Of a stretch of DNA of 64,000 nt, positions 50,501 to 62,190 are shown piece after piece. The stretch comes from Macrostomum lignano. Taxonomy: Eukaryota. Both the position numbers and the translations under genes were made by a program. The stretch is taken from positions 62,001 through 126,000 of the forward strand of contig NIVC01002177.1 in assembly GCA_002269645.1 (NCBI GenBank), written 5' to 3'. The notes beneath the pieces were generated by a model that did no database searches, was not told the DNA's origin, and saw only the letters and a list, made by a program, of their open reading frames with translations. The stretch's first letter is position 1; each line of letters opens with the position of its first letter.

Positions 50501-53357
50501 TCAGACGCGTTTACCGATAAGACACTCTACCCTTGAACTCTAATATACACGTACGCTCGTACATAACCGGTACATATGCTGTCTATAGAAAATTGCCTAT
50601 GTATAATAACTGTCTGCACAGTGCTTTCTGACTCACCTAGCCGCCATAAACAGGTCGCATTCCTTGATGGCGAGGCCATCCCGTTCCAGCACGCAGCACA
50701 GAGTCTCAACATCAACATCGGCAAAGGTTTCTGACTGGACAGCCTCGGCCGTATTGCGGTCAATGAGCTCCAGGCACAGGCTGGCCAGCTGGGGCTCGTC
50801 AAACATCCTGGCCTGACCAAGCAGCAGGAAGGCATTGTCAACAGACAGGTGCCGCTTCAGGTAGTCAACGCACTCGCGCTCAAGAGCTGGCACTGCGTAT
50901 TTCTTGGCCGCGTACAGCGTGGCCATCACGCAGTCCGGGTCGAGGCACACCTGCAGCCGATGCAGATTAAATTATACTAATATGCTGCATACTTGGAAAC
51001 GCAAATATCGATAGTACCAGATGTTGCAATAGCATTGCCAAGTTTATGTGCACTAACTAATAATAGTAATTATGGGGCTCAATGACGCAATGCCTTCGGT
51101 GAGATCGTCCCAAAAGCAGCGCTGACAGCAATTCTGCACATTCCGCTGGCTCCTAAGCACATACAAGCTCGCCAATACTGTACGCAGACACACACTCATG
51201 CACACGCTCACACAGGGTGTACAGCAGCACTTGCTTAATTGCTTTTATAACCTTTTTAGTAACAGAACAACGACAAACATGCTAAACGTACGGAAAAAGA
51301 CGGAAAGACACTCATTGTCATGCTTTTAGCGTAATCGTTTGCTGACAATAAGTGCAATACCTACTGACTGTGGTAGCTGTCTGAATAAGTAATATCCTAC
51401 GAAGTGAATTATTTAGATGAAAGTATAGAAAAAAAACAAGGGGTGTGTTCTCAAATGTGTGTGCGTCGGTGTGGGTGTGCGTGCTTTGTGAGTGGGTCTG
51501 TGTGCGTGGGTGTTGAGTGTGTGCGTGGTTGAGCGTGTGTGGTTTTGCTTGTGTGCGTAGGGTGTGGCGTGTGTGTGGTTCTGTAGTATTTTCAATTCAC
51601 CATTAGGAAGTACCATAATTTTGAATATTACCTGGTCCGAGTAGATGAAGCGCAGCAGGGCCAGGAACGCGGTCGGATCCACATCAGGCAGCCGAATGGT
51701 CTGGCCGCTAGTGTCGGCCAGCGGCCCGTTCAACAGGGCGTCGAACACGGCGCTGCTGATTGACAGCACAAATCGATGAGCCGGCACGGACTTCTCATTT
51801 GGCGCCTGGCCAACTAGAAATGTCACATCCGACATGTACTGCGTGTTAAACAGGTAGGCAACCCGCTCTTTAACTGTGGCTTTGGTGGCCTGCCAGTTGT
51901 GCGGCGGCTCCTGATCGCAGCCGAGCAGGGCCTGGTGGTATCCGGCCTCCAGGATCTTCTGCGCTCTGGTCCGGCAGCAGCATGGCTTCTGTGGAGGCTT
52001 CTGCTGTTGCTGCTGCCGGTGTGAACTTTTATTATAATAGAGGGGTAAATTTCTAGATGTGACAACTACCATCTTTCATGTACTAAAAGCTGGATACTTC
52101 TTGAAGAATGAATTGTTTCTTTAACTTTAATACTAGAAAGCACAAGGAACTGCACAAAAAGCAATCAAATAGAGTACCAACGGCTCTACCCAGAGCCTCT
52201 CTGAATGGCATTGAGATTAAAAAATAATAATAAAGTGCCAATCTGGCATCTGGGGTCCAAAGCAGCTTCTGGAAATTTATCTTGTCATAGATATCGCTTT
52301 TTATAGTAATAGCAAAGCTCTCCATTCTCTCCTCTCTCTTCTCTCTCTCCGCTCACCCCTCTCTTCTCTCTCTCCGCTCAACCCTCTCTTCTCTCTCTCC
52401 GCTCAACCCTCTCTTCTCTCTCTCCGCTCAACCCTCTCTTCTCTCTCTCCGCTCAACCCTCTCTTCTCTCTCTCCGCTCAACCCTCTCTTCTCTCTCTCC
52501 GCTCAACCCTCTCTTCTCTCTCTCCGCTCAACCCTCTCTTCTCCCTCTCCTCTCTCTTCTCTCTCTCCGCTCACCCCTCTCTTCTCTCTCTCATCTTTTA
52601 TTTGCTCTCTCATTCTATCTATCGCATCTCCTCTCATCTCTCATCTTCTATTCCCTTTCCTTTCCAATCCCACCTGACCCGCAGACATGAGCTGAATTGT
52701 CTATCTGGCCCTTGAGGTAGAAAAAGTTTGCCGACCCCTGGTCTATGGCAATCAGCTGCTAAAATACAGTGTAAAGAGGGCACAAGCATGCAAAAAAGTC
52801 ACGATTAGATTAGCGCGAGAATTTTATTACTTCATAATATTAATAATTGATTACACCTAATGGAGCTACTGCGCAGCGTATCTGAAGGCTGCGTACGGCT
52901 GTTCAGTCCAAGGACTGGGGGGTCGCCACACACAGCCTCAATTACCCCAGCTAATGCTGAGTGCCCATTTTACAGCTGGGTGAACTGAAGCAATGCAGAG
53001 TTAAGTGTCTTGCTTAAGGACACAAATTGTTTTTGTGGGATCGGGATTCGGGAATCGAACCCCCGACCTTCAAGTCGTGATTCCGACGCTCTTAACCACT
53101 CGGCTACAACCCCCTATTACTTTATGAATAGCATAAGGTCCGTTAATAACTGCTCACCTATCGCTGCCGCAGCTGCACACGGAGCCGCTGTCCTCCTCGC
53201 CGACAGCTTCGCTGCCAGTTGAGCCAGCGGAGGAGGGCGCAGTGGCTTGTGAGACAGACTGAGAGCCAGAGGCGGGGGCGGTGGAGATGACAATCATGCG
53301 ATTACGAGGCGGCGGCATCAACCGACCGCCTGGCGAGTTAGCAGCTGCTGTCTCCAT
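47557..53357 (-). CDS. BTBD2: BTB-BACK-PHR domain protein, BTBD1/BTBD2 family
   Basis: Exons 53357-53158, ~51965-51632, 50950-50637, 49849-49447, 47871-47557. [67 protein letters not shown]. Exon 2 acceptor approximate; BTBD1 vs BTBD2 not resolvable. Confidence 0.9.
48035..49315. repeat. 33-bp minisatellite (ttcatggctagtcatcagcccaagcttatacag) with 30-bp variants, ~39 copies
   Basis: Last BTBD intron; source of the [11 protein letters not shown] ORFs. Confidence 0.96.
50055..50297 (-). mobile_element. tRNA-headed CORE-like SINE (core partly deleted) inside a family-2 repeat
   Basis: Tail and head match 46710-47012; flanks match the uninterrupted family-2 copy at 51120-51230. Confidence 0.8.
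51440..51585. repeat. Degenerate (GT)n-rich tract
   Basis: Direct inspection. Confidence 0.75.
52325..52600. repeat. 25-bp CT-rich repeat (ctctcttctctctctccgctcaacc)
   Basis: Direct inspection; BTBD intron 1. Confidence 0.9.
52835..53114 (-). mobile_element. tRNA-headed CORE-like SINE
   Basis: Near-full copy matching 46710-47012. Confidence 0.88.
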
Positions 53358-54340
53358 GTTCTACTGGTCCTTGGCTTGCGATAATAAATGCTGCTAGGGA
53401 ATCTGCAGAGACAAGTTCAGCCCAGATAAAAGCATGAAAAATGTAACCAGAATTTTTATTACAATATATTGTTTTTTGAGAATGCAAAGAAAGATTCTCA
53501 AAAGCGAATAAAACTAAAACCATTTTATGACCACCCATAGTCAAATGCGAAGCTTGTTTACACTTTACTGTGAAGGAGAGATTTATAAATGAATAGTAAA
53601 TAAAAATTAAAAACATTCAGGAGTTTGTGTATCTCTTTTCGAAAATAAGAACTTTAAGAACTGTGAAAAAATTATTTGAAACAATCAACAAAACTCAGAA
53701 TTGTAAAATCGATTACATGTATATCATACCATGTCAGATATCATGTACATTTGCAACACTGTAAACTTGATCTTACTATATTGAGTGAAACAGTTTATTT
53801 ATAAAATGTTATTTTTTCATCTAGAGAGCCTTTTTTGCTATATAGCTTTGCTTTGTATGCAATTTAAATCTTTTCTCTTTAGCTTTAGCTATTAATTGTC
53901 CCTCTTTTTATTTGTATAAGTGTTGCATAAGTGTATAATGCATAAGTGTTTTAAACACTTATGCAGGTTTCTCCTCTTTTTATGTTTTTCATGTTTTATT
54001 CATTTTTTAATTGCTTTTGGCTTGAATACCCTTAAAATGCTTTGGTGCTTGGTTGATTGGTTTTGCAATATAACTTCTTTGGTCACTCATCCTGTCTCCT
54101 AGCTGAAAAATGGCTAGATCTATTGGGTATTGTGTATGTATGATATCATTAATATATGATATGAATTGTAATAATGTAGAATTGCTTGTATAGTTCATAA
54201 ACAAGTAATATGAGTATATAGCATTGAAATTGCAAAATTGATGGTAACAATAAGATAATAGACAGTCGCACTATAAATTTTTCTATTCTGTTTTGTACTA
54301 AGGACGAAAGTTTATTGAGGCAAGCAGGGGAGAAGAGCAC

Positions 54341-57251
54341 ATGCTTAGACTAGAGAGAAATATAAACAAACCTGGAAGCCTAGACATGGATGCTAGACAT
54401 GTCCATCTTCTAAATTTTAAGAATCTTCCTGTCAATAGCTTAAATGCTTTGTCCCAGTCCAAGTTGGATCTCGTGGCCGAACTGTCACGCAATGACTGCC
54501 GTCGTGACGAGCTAGTGACCCAGTTCTTGTTGTTTTGTGATAACTCCATCGGAGACAAAGCAAACTCATCCGATCTGCCTGCTGATATTCGTGAACAACT
54601 TACTGGCATCAATGAAGCTGAGATGGAATGTCTACCTCAAAGCAGTCAGAAACAGATAGAGGATCATGGGCGCAAGTTTGTTGAATTTCTAGAGGGTCGC
54701 GGTTTGAACCACAGAATATACACAGAATGGCGAATCCTGCATTTTGAGAAAATTTCTTGCACAAGAATGATATTCTATACTGGCTACTCTTGTTGTGAAG
54801 AGAAACTAAGTAGGCTGAATGGCACTTTACCTATTCTTTGCCATTTATTGCGGGTTTGTCCCACAGAATATAGGAAGGCTTGATGAACCAACCTACCCCC
54901 TTCTAAACTGTGCTGTTTTTAGAAACTACCTTAAGGCTGGCCCTGCCTTCTGCTGCGCTTTAAGTTAGTGCCATAGACAGCATGCCTTGGGTGTTCAAGC
55001 ACGAGCTTGTGGCGTAAAAGCATGCAGGTCAAATGCATTATTGATTGCGCTAGCCTGTCTTTGCTGTATTGCATTCTTTATGGCCCAAGCTGGTGCTCCT
55101 GAAGCTAGGTCTAGCTTCAAAAGTGCTAATACCGAAGGCATAGAGTTTGAATACGCAGCTTATTGTGATACTGTTTTTGCATGACTGCGTCTGCTTCAAG
55201 CCAAGAAGCTCCAGATCCAGTCCACCTGCAGGGCAACACTTGTGACTCAGATCTCACAGAAGCAGGTGATGAGCTCTTTGCTACATCGGATGACTTAGAT
55301 CACGAGAAGTGCGCATATGTCGGCGGTTGGTTGCTGTTCCGCTTCTTTAAAACCGAGTGCAAGTGTAAGGTGTTCCAGCAGGAACTGAAGGAAAAGCAAT
55401 TCGGACATGCTTCCTGCGACTGAAGTGCAAGCGGGATGACAGCTTAGTCATCCCAAGCAGAGCAGTTATCAGAGCTGTCACTGAGATGGAATGCCAATTA
55501 AAATTGCTGGGAGTGCCAAAGTTCATGCATGCTGATGCTGGTGTGTCACACAGAATCAGCAAATTATTGGCCGATTGCATCAGGCCAATTATTGCGACTC
55601 ATTGCGCTGAGCACTCAGAGAGATGCGTGATGGGCATTGCGAGGCTGTTCTTGAAGCTGCGCTTGCATCATTGGTGCAATGGGCACAGGATTGCGGCTCA
55701 GGAGAGAAAGCGCGGGTGAGCATTTTGCAATGAGCAATCGAGGAAGTTCAGGAGGATGAGTGTGATTGTATGAGATTTGCTATTTTTGTTGCGTCTGGCA
55801 TTTCCTGCCTTGTGTGCAGCGCTAAAACTTAACTTGCTGTTATATGTTTGTTACTTTTGTTTTTTAGCTTACAAATACATGGCAATGAGGTTATAATAGT
55901 TGTTACTACTGCTCATGACTTTGCGCATGCACCGTTATGAACAAATTAATTACAAGGATAATGTAGCATTCATCTGCAGCATCAAAACAAGGACTTAAGG
56001 CTTTCAAAGGCTGTTTCGAGCTCAACTTTTACATTCAACTTTGCGTTCAAAAAATGCAGCTACTTATCAGCTTCACAACGTTAGTAGTGCAAGCGCATTT
56101 ATTTTCGCTTTCATAGAGAACTGCCGATTCGCCATTCTGTATATATTCTGTGGTTTGAACTCCGATTTGGCGAAAGTGAATGACAACACCCTGAATCAGT
56201 ATCTACGATTATTCTACTTCCAGTTGAAAACAAAGAGCGGTGAGAGCTATTCACCATCGTTGTTAGTCTGCATCCGAGCCCCTATCCAGCAATATTTGAA
56301 TATCATTGTGAAGAGACAGACAAATCTGGTTGCTACTGGGACCATGTTTGATGGCTCAAACAAGATGCTCGAATTCAAGGTCCGTGAATTTATCAAGTCT
56401 GGCAAGACAGTTCAAAGCTACGATCCAATTGAGGAGGGAGACATTGTTAAATTGCGCGACTACTTTGATTGTAGTGATGGAGAATGACTCCAAGATGAAT
56501 TGCTATTCAATCTCATGTATCAGCTTGGAGAGTGTGGACGGGAGCACATGAAGACGTTTCTCAATCGGAACTTTCTGGTGCGAGGTGTCAACTCGGATGG
56601 ACGGCAGTATGCCTGTATGCCAACGCTACCATCGAAGAATTGATTAGCAACACTGGACACTGGTCAGGTTGCCGATTTGAAGCACGCTAGAATATATGAT
56701 CTTGAGCTGCTAGAACTGTACGAGTCGGTGATTCCGGATTCCAGTGACCACTTTCTACCTTGTCCTATGAAGAGCACCATTGGGAAGAAGTTTATCTTCT
56801 CTGATAAGGCACACCGTGGTTTGCGTTATTTACAAGAGTTCATGAAGAACCTAACCGAGAAGGCTAAGCTAAGCAAGCCTTATACCAACCACTGCATTAG
56901 GTGAGTATATTTGTGTTACGAAGTAAAAGTAAAAGCATAATTGTTTGTTCACCTTTCTGAACAAGATACCATTGCATTTTTAGAGTCAGGCGCATTTGTG
57001 ACTTGGAAAGCAAAGGGCATGCTGTCCACGACATCATGCTTGTGATGGGTCACAAGTCGGAGGCGACCGTTTGGCGATATCTGCATAAGAGGCGTGATCG
57101 AAGTTTGTATAAGTCCTCTGTGAACGTGCATACCGCCATGAAGAAGTCTTTGGATTGTATAGATTGTACTGAGGCTGCGCCATCCATTAGTGGAGATGAG
57201 GAGTTTCATCGGGTCCAAGGCCCACCAGAAAAAAAATGTGAATCCAAGTGA
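54341..57251 (+). pseudogene. Crypton-type (DUF3504-like) tyrosine recombinase, interrupted and inactivated
   Basis: Joining 54341-54709 to 56161-56900 and, across a GT-AG intron 56901-56983, to 56984-57251 gives one frame: LPQSSQKQ..KFVEFL, LNQYLRLFYFQLKTKSGESYS, FNLMYQLGECGRE, YTNHCIR, MGHKSEATVWRY. In-frame TGA at 56485 and 56641. Confidence 0.85.
54710..56152 (+). mobile_element. Internally deleted P-superfamily (THAP9-like) DNA transposon, 1443 bp
   Basis: 27-bp TIRs CACAGAATATA(C/T)ACAGAATGGCGAATC, perfect 8-bp TSD gtttgaac (54702-54709, 56153-56160). Frameshifted transposase C-terminus at ~55181-55719 (AYVGGWLL..C.C, FLRLK..SLVIPS, C..H..FLKLRLHHW). Confidence 0.88.
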
Positions 57252-57490
57252 ACGGCAATTTGAACATCATTGATTTCTTTTTTTGAATAGCTTTAATGAC
57301 TGCATTGACTGAAAGTTAACTTTTGTTGGTGTTCATTTGAGGCATTCATCACATAGGTTTTGTCTATGTTTGTTCTTGTTACTTCTTTCGAATAAATTGA
57401 ACATTTGTCTAGGTTCAATGCCGAATGGCAAACAAACAATGAATTGTAACGCATAAAAACTACAAATAATGATCATCAAATTGCTATACA

Positions 57491-58023
57491 ATGGATGATT
57501 TTAAATTCTATGCACTGACTCGCTCTGCGACAGCAGATCAGCGCTTGCAAAACAATGCTGCTCGTGGGGTTCACTCCGAACAAGCGATTTTCGATCTCTG
57601 CCACAGCCCCGCACAAGACAGTTGATGGTGAGCGCATTGTCCAATTTTTGAAACGAACCAGCAATTGGTGGCGCTACTTGCATTCGAAGCCGATCCACCT
57701 GAACAAAGTTCTGTGGCAGTGGAGACAATGCCCAACCACATGCAAGCAGGACTGTACAGGACTACCTTTGAAAAGAGGAGCATCCGAACACTGTTTTAAA
57801 GTCCATACAGTCCAGACCTCAACTTGTGCCATCGCTTCCTGTTCAGCTGGATGAAGAACGACCTGTGCCACAGACAGTTTGCTGACCATTCCGAGGTTGA
57901 AGCAGCCACGTTGCACCAGGCAAAGAGCCTGGACAAAAATGCCCTAGCCACCGAAGTGCATAAGCTTCTGGAATACTGCAATGCTATCATCGGTACTGGG
58001 GGATGCTATGTTACAGACTGATG
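57491..58023 (+). pseudogene. Mariner-type transposase relic
   Basis: With frameshifts: KTMLLVGF, W-DNAQPH (57724), SPYSPDLNLCHRFLFSWMKNDL..F (57803), G.YV terminus. TIRs not found. Confidence 0.8.
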
Positions 58024-59225
58024 CGGTTTCGCTGTCATTGAATCACTAGTTCTTGTTTTATTTATTGAGTTGCATGATTATTCAGATGCCCGAAGTATAT
58101 ACATTTTAAATAATATAAGAAATAATTGGATTATGCAAGGACATAAAGAGTTCTAGTTTATGCCAGAATCTAGTGGTCTATCTAAGTTGACTCTAATTGC
58201 CATATAGAGCAGCTTTGTTTGAACTTGAGACCTTGCATAGAAATATTGTACACCCTACTATTTTCATTCTAATGGCATATAACCTATCTGCATTAGAATA
58301 GTAGAAGATGAATATTGTGCTAGATGCTTTTAGTAAGATTGTTATAGCACTCTAAGTTAATGATAGATCAAGCTGAATTTATTGAGAAAGTACTTAATTT
58401 TTAGAAAATAGTTAATATGAAATCTCCAAATTTGCATATCACCTTTTAATAAATAAAGAGCCCTGATTATATCTATAGACTCAAGTAATCTAATGAATCT
58501 AATCAAGTTTTCTAACATGGTATAATGCATGCCAGGTATCCAAGATGCTACTCACATGTATTCACTGATAACAAAGACCTAAAAAGCTCCTATTTAGACA
58601 ATATATGGCTTAATTGATATATATTAGCAACCATTTGCTATAAAGAATATGCTTTTGTATACATTTTGCTAGGTAAGCTATATTTGACATGATTATAATT
58701 CCTTGAGATTTAAAGCTTGCACTTTCAATTTTTAACATTATATTGTATAAAACAATACATTTTAATATGTTACATTCTACAATAAAAAAGTTGCAATAAA
58801 ACTAAACTAAAAAGGTTTAATTGATAGATATAGAGATTCTTAAGAACATATTCCTAACTTAAAAATTTCACCTAGCTGAAACAACTTAGTTTTTTAAAAA
58901 AATTGAAACTTAGTTGCCTAAACTAAACTTTGGCTGCAATAAGGTATTAGATTTTACTTTTTCCCTTTTTTATTCATTTTCTCTTTTTCTACTTTTTTTA
59001 TTTTTTTCTCTTGCCATTTTTCTTTTTTTCTCTTTTTTATCTATTTTTGGGTTGCATTTTTATTATTTACTATGCCATGGCTATAACACTCTAGACCATA
59101 TAGTATATGCCCAAAAATTTGGGGATGCATTGTTCTTGCATGTCCAAATTAGGTGTGCACAATTGGCATGCATCACTCCTAAGAAAAAAGTATACATGCA
59201 CACCTGGCATGCACTTTATAGAATC

Positions 59226-59882
59226 GGGTACCAGTCGTTTCGGTGACAAGACGTTTCGATGACAGACGTTTTGGTGACAAATAGTCGTTTCGGTGACAAG
59301 TTGCAATTGTGATAGACACGTTTCATTTTCAATGAAAAATCGAAGATTTCATGAGTATTGTTATTTTAGTGATAAGAGACGTTTCATAATATTCGGTTGT
59401 AGTTATTTTGTTAATATTTATGTTTTGAAATGTATTTAAAAATTTTCATCAAAAGAATATATTTAAAAAAAGAAAGCAAACTAATTATATTGTTTTCTTT
59501 CTGTGCAGATCGTTTTGAATTGTCCCAGAGTGTTCACACACATAAACCATAAACCTAGAGAGAATCCTCATGAAATGCAGACCACGGGAAAGGCAGAGAT
59601 ATTCACTTGTTGACGCTTTTGCATGTTTAAATTGGAAAACATAATTCAAAAGACCACAACTCTATAATTGTAAATAAACAAAATTAAATAGAGAAATATT
59701 TAACTGTTTAAAAAAATATAAAATTTTAGGCTCAATATCCCTTAAGATATTCTAAGTAATTTTCTGTTTAAAAACAGAATGGCTATAACTAAAATTGTAT
59801 TTTTCTTGTCACCAAAATGACTTTTGCTTGTAACCGAAAGGACTGTCACCGAAACGTCTTGTCACCAAAATGACTGTAATCC
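59226..59882. mobile_element. MITE with ~75-bp TIRs built from gtttcggtgaca subrepeats
   Basis: cagtcgtttcggtgacaagacgtttcg at left vs reverse complement at 59805-59876; flanks atagaatc / ataaaatc (8 bp, 1 mismatch). Confidence 0.8.
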
Positions 59883-61558
59883 ATAAAATCACATGTAATA
59901 GTTATTGCGAAGTAAAAATGAAAAAAGTTAATTTTTATATATAAATTTCAAGCTTTCTAGTTTTTCAAGCTTGTAAAAAGCTTTTAAACAAATCTTTGCA
60001 TATATCAATTTTTTGTTGTAAATAGTATGGCCAAAAAAGCATAAAAATCAACCAAATTATCTGCTAATAAGGGTCTATTCTATGCAACTTAAAAAGGTCA
60101 TTTATTGTCACAATGTAAAAAGGTCATTTATTGTCGCAACACCAGCATATTTTTGAGAATGGGCATGCACTAAATTTTTTTGGTATGCATTTGCAACTAG
60201 GCCTATTCAATTTTTTGCATGCACAATGCACCCAGCATAATCTAGACTATAGCATGGCTAGACTTTTTGCCAGGTATTGGGCATGCATATTATTCTTAAA
60301 GCAATATAGTTAGTACAATTTTTTTTGATTAAACTAGGCCCTATACAAAATTTATTCCTAAAACCATTTTTAACTCAACCATTGTTCAAAATGAGCTTCA
60401 ATTAATTTGACTGATTAGAGGGCAAATTCAAAGTATATAAACAAGGACTTGACAAGGTAGAAAACTTCAAATGCATACTTAAGAGCAAAATAATCAGAAT
60501 GCTACAATGTGTTCATAGAAAATGTTTGCAGTATAGGCTACCTCACTGTAATTTAAGCACATTGTGATTCATGCATAACATTATCGAAATTAGTTACAGT
60601 ATAGTATAAATCTTAAGAATTACAGACCCACACTGACACTGCTAGAGTATACTATAACTTGAATTGTATATTGTACCACAATGGAGAATAAAAATTATAG
60701 TAATATATTCAAGGCGGCAAAGGTATGTTTAAGAAACCTGTCGTGGAATCACTAAATGCTAAGACTAGGCCTAGAGTAACTTTCTAGATAACCACACTAA
60801 CCACCGTAATTTGCTAGTAACAATTACAACACAAAACTGATACTTGTAGTTTTTGATAATAAAGAAATGAAAACTCTAAAGTTGAACTGCTAGACCCCTT
60901 GGTTCTTAGATCTAAAAAAATACGTTATGTAATGTAGAGTAGTCAATAGTATGTACTGAATTAAAAACAAGCTGCATATTGGTCCTCCTCTTTTCCAGGA
61001 AAGAGGTCAACTGATGTTTTTAAGAAAAATGCATTTTAAAATTTTCTAGCTTTAAAACAAAAAATAAATACATGCAGCAAGTAAGACTTGTTTGACATAA
61101 AAATATTAAAATTCAACTTTTGGATAAAGTATTTTGCCTTTGTTGTTATATTACCTCGTATTAAAACATGAAACGAAGGGACCTGGGCGAAAATGCTCAG
61201 GACGAGTTGACGGTAAACCCACCGTGGTACTAGTGTTATCGTTCTGTCTTATAACAAAGATCACACTGCTGACACCAAATTTGAACTTGGGTTTTTCTTC
61301 AGTTCCACTGTATAATGTTGTAACCGTGGCTATTTTATGCCTGCTTTTCACTACTTAGGAATATTCTTGGATGTTATAATTGTTATTGGTAATGTTAATT
61401 GGTAATTGGTATAGGCCTGGTAGCGTCTTAGTATAAATCTGCCAGCGTCTTAGTATAACTCTATTCGTTAAAAAACCAATTCGTTGTTTCTTTTAGTGTT
61501 GGATGGGATGTCTTGGCGTTTCTTAGTACTCGTCTACTTGTCTGAGTCCAGAACATTA

Positions 61559-61892
61559 GGGGTTGCTTTCACAAGCTCGAAATTTCACAACCTCGAAACC
61601 AGTTACTTTCATAAGCTCGAAATTTCACAAGCTCGAAATTTCACAACCTCGAAAACCATTCTAGCAGCCCACTTTCACAAACCCGAAACTTCATAAGCTC
61701 GAAATTTCATATCCTCGAAAATTTTAGCAAGCGACTTCACAAGCTCGAAATTTCACAACCTCAAAAATTTTAGCAGGCAGCTGAGCACAGTCCAGGGCCA
61801 GCTGTTCACACTCATCAAGTTTATCTTCAAGAGACACTTGCTGCTAAAATGGTTTTCGAGGTTGTGAAATTTCGGGCTTGTGAAGCGACCCC
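61559..61892. mobile_element. MITE with ~42-bp TIRs and 16-bp subrepeats (tttcacaagctcgaaa)
   Basis: GGGGTTGCTTTCACAAGCTCGAAATTTCACAACCTCGAAA vs reverse complement GGGGTCGCTTCACAAGCCCGAAATTTCACAACCTCGAAA; TSD ambiguous. Confidence 0.8.
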
Positions 61893-62011
61893 AAAATTAT
61901 AGTAATCGAATACCAGCCCGTTTGGTCCAGGCTATAATTTGGGCTTATACATATAACATCGCGTAAGCTAGTTGACATCCCAGCTTGATTGTACATGCAT
62001 CTGGGAGCACG

Positions 62012-62190
62012 AGAAATGCCCGCAGACGAATTGCCCGCCGAGATTTGCCCGCAGGAGATTTGCCCTCAGTGCAATTTACCCGCGAGTGGATTGCCCGTGG
62101 AGTTTTTTCCCGCCGAGGTTTGCCCGCAATGCTTTTTTACTGCAGCGCATTTGGCAGCTAGATTCTGTCTGTATTGCCCGGCGGCCCCCC
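62012..62190. repeat. ~15-bp spaced ttgcccgc subrepeats (probable single transposon end)
   Basis: About eight degenerate copies; no partner end seen in the window. Confidence 0.55.

Noticed and set aside
54987-55184. Small ORF with a hydrophobic stretch (possible secreted peptide)
   Set aside because: It lies inside the P element and is best explained as decayed transposase sequence.
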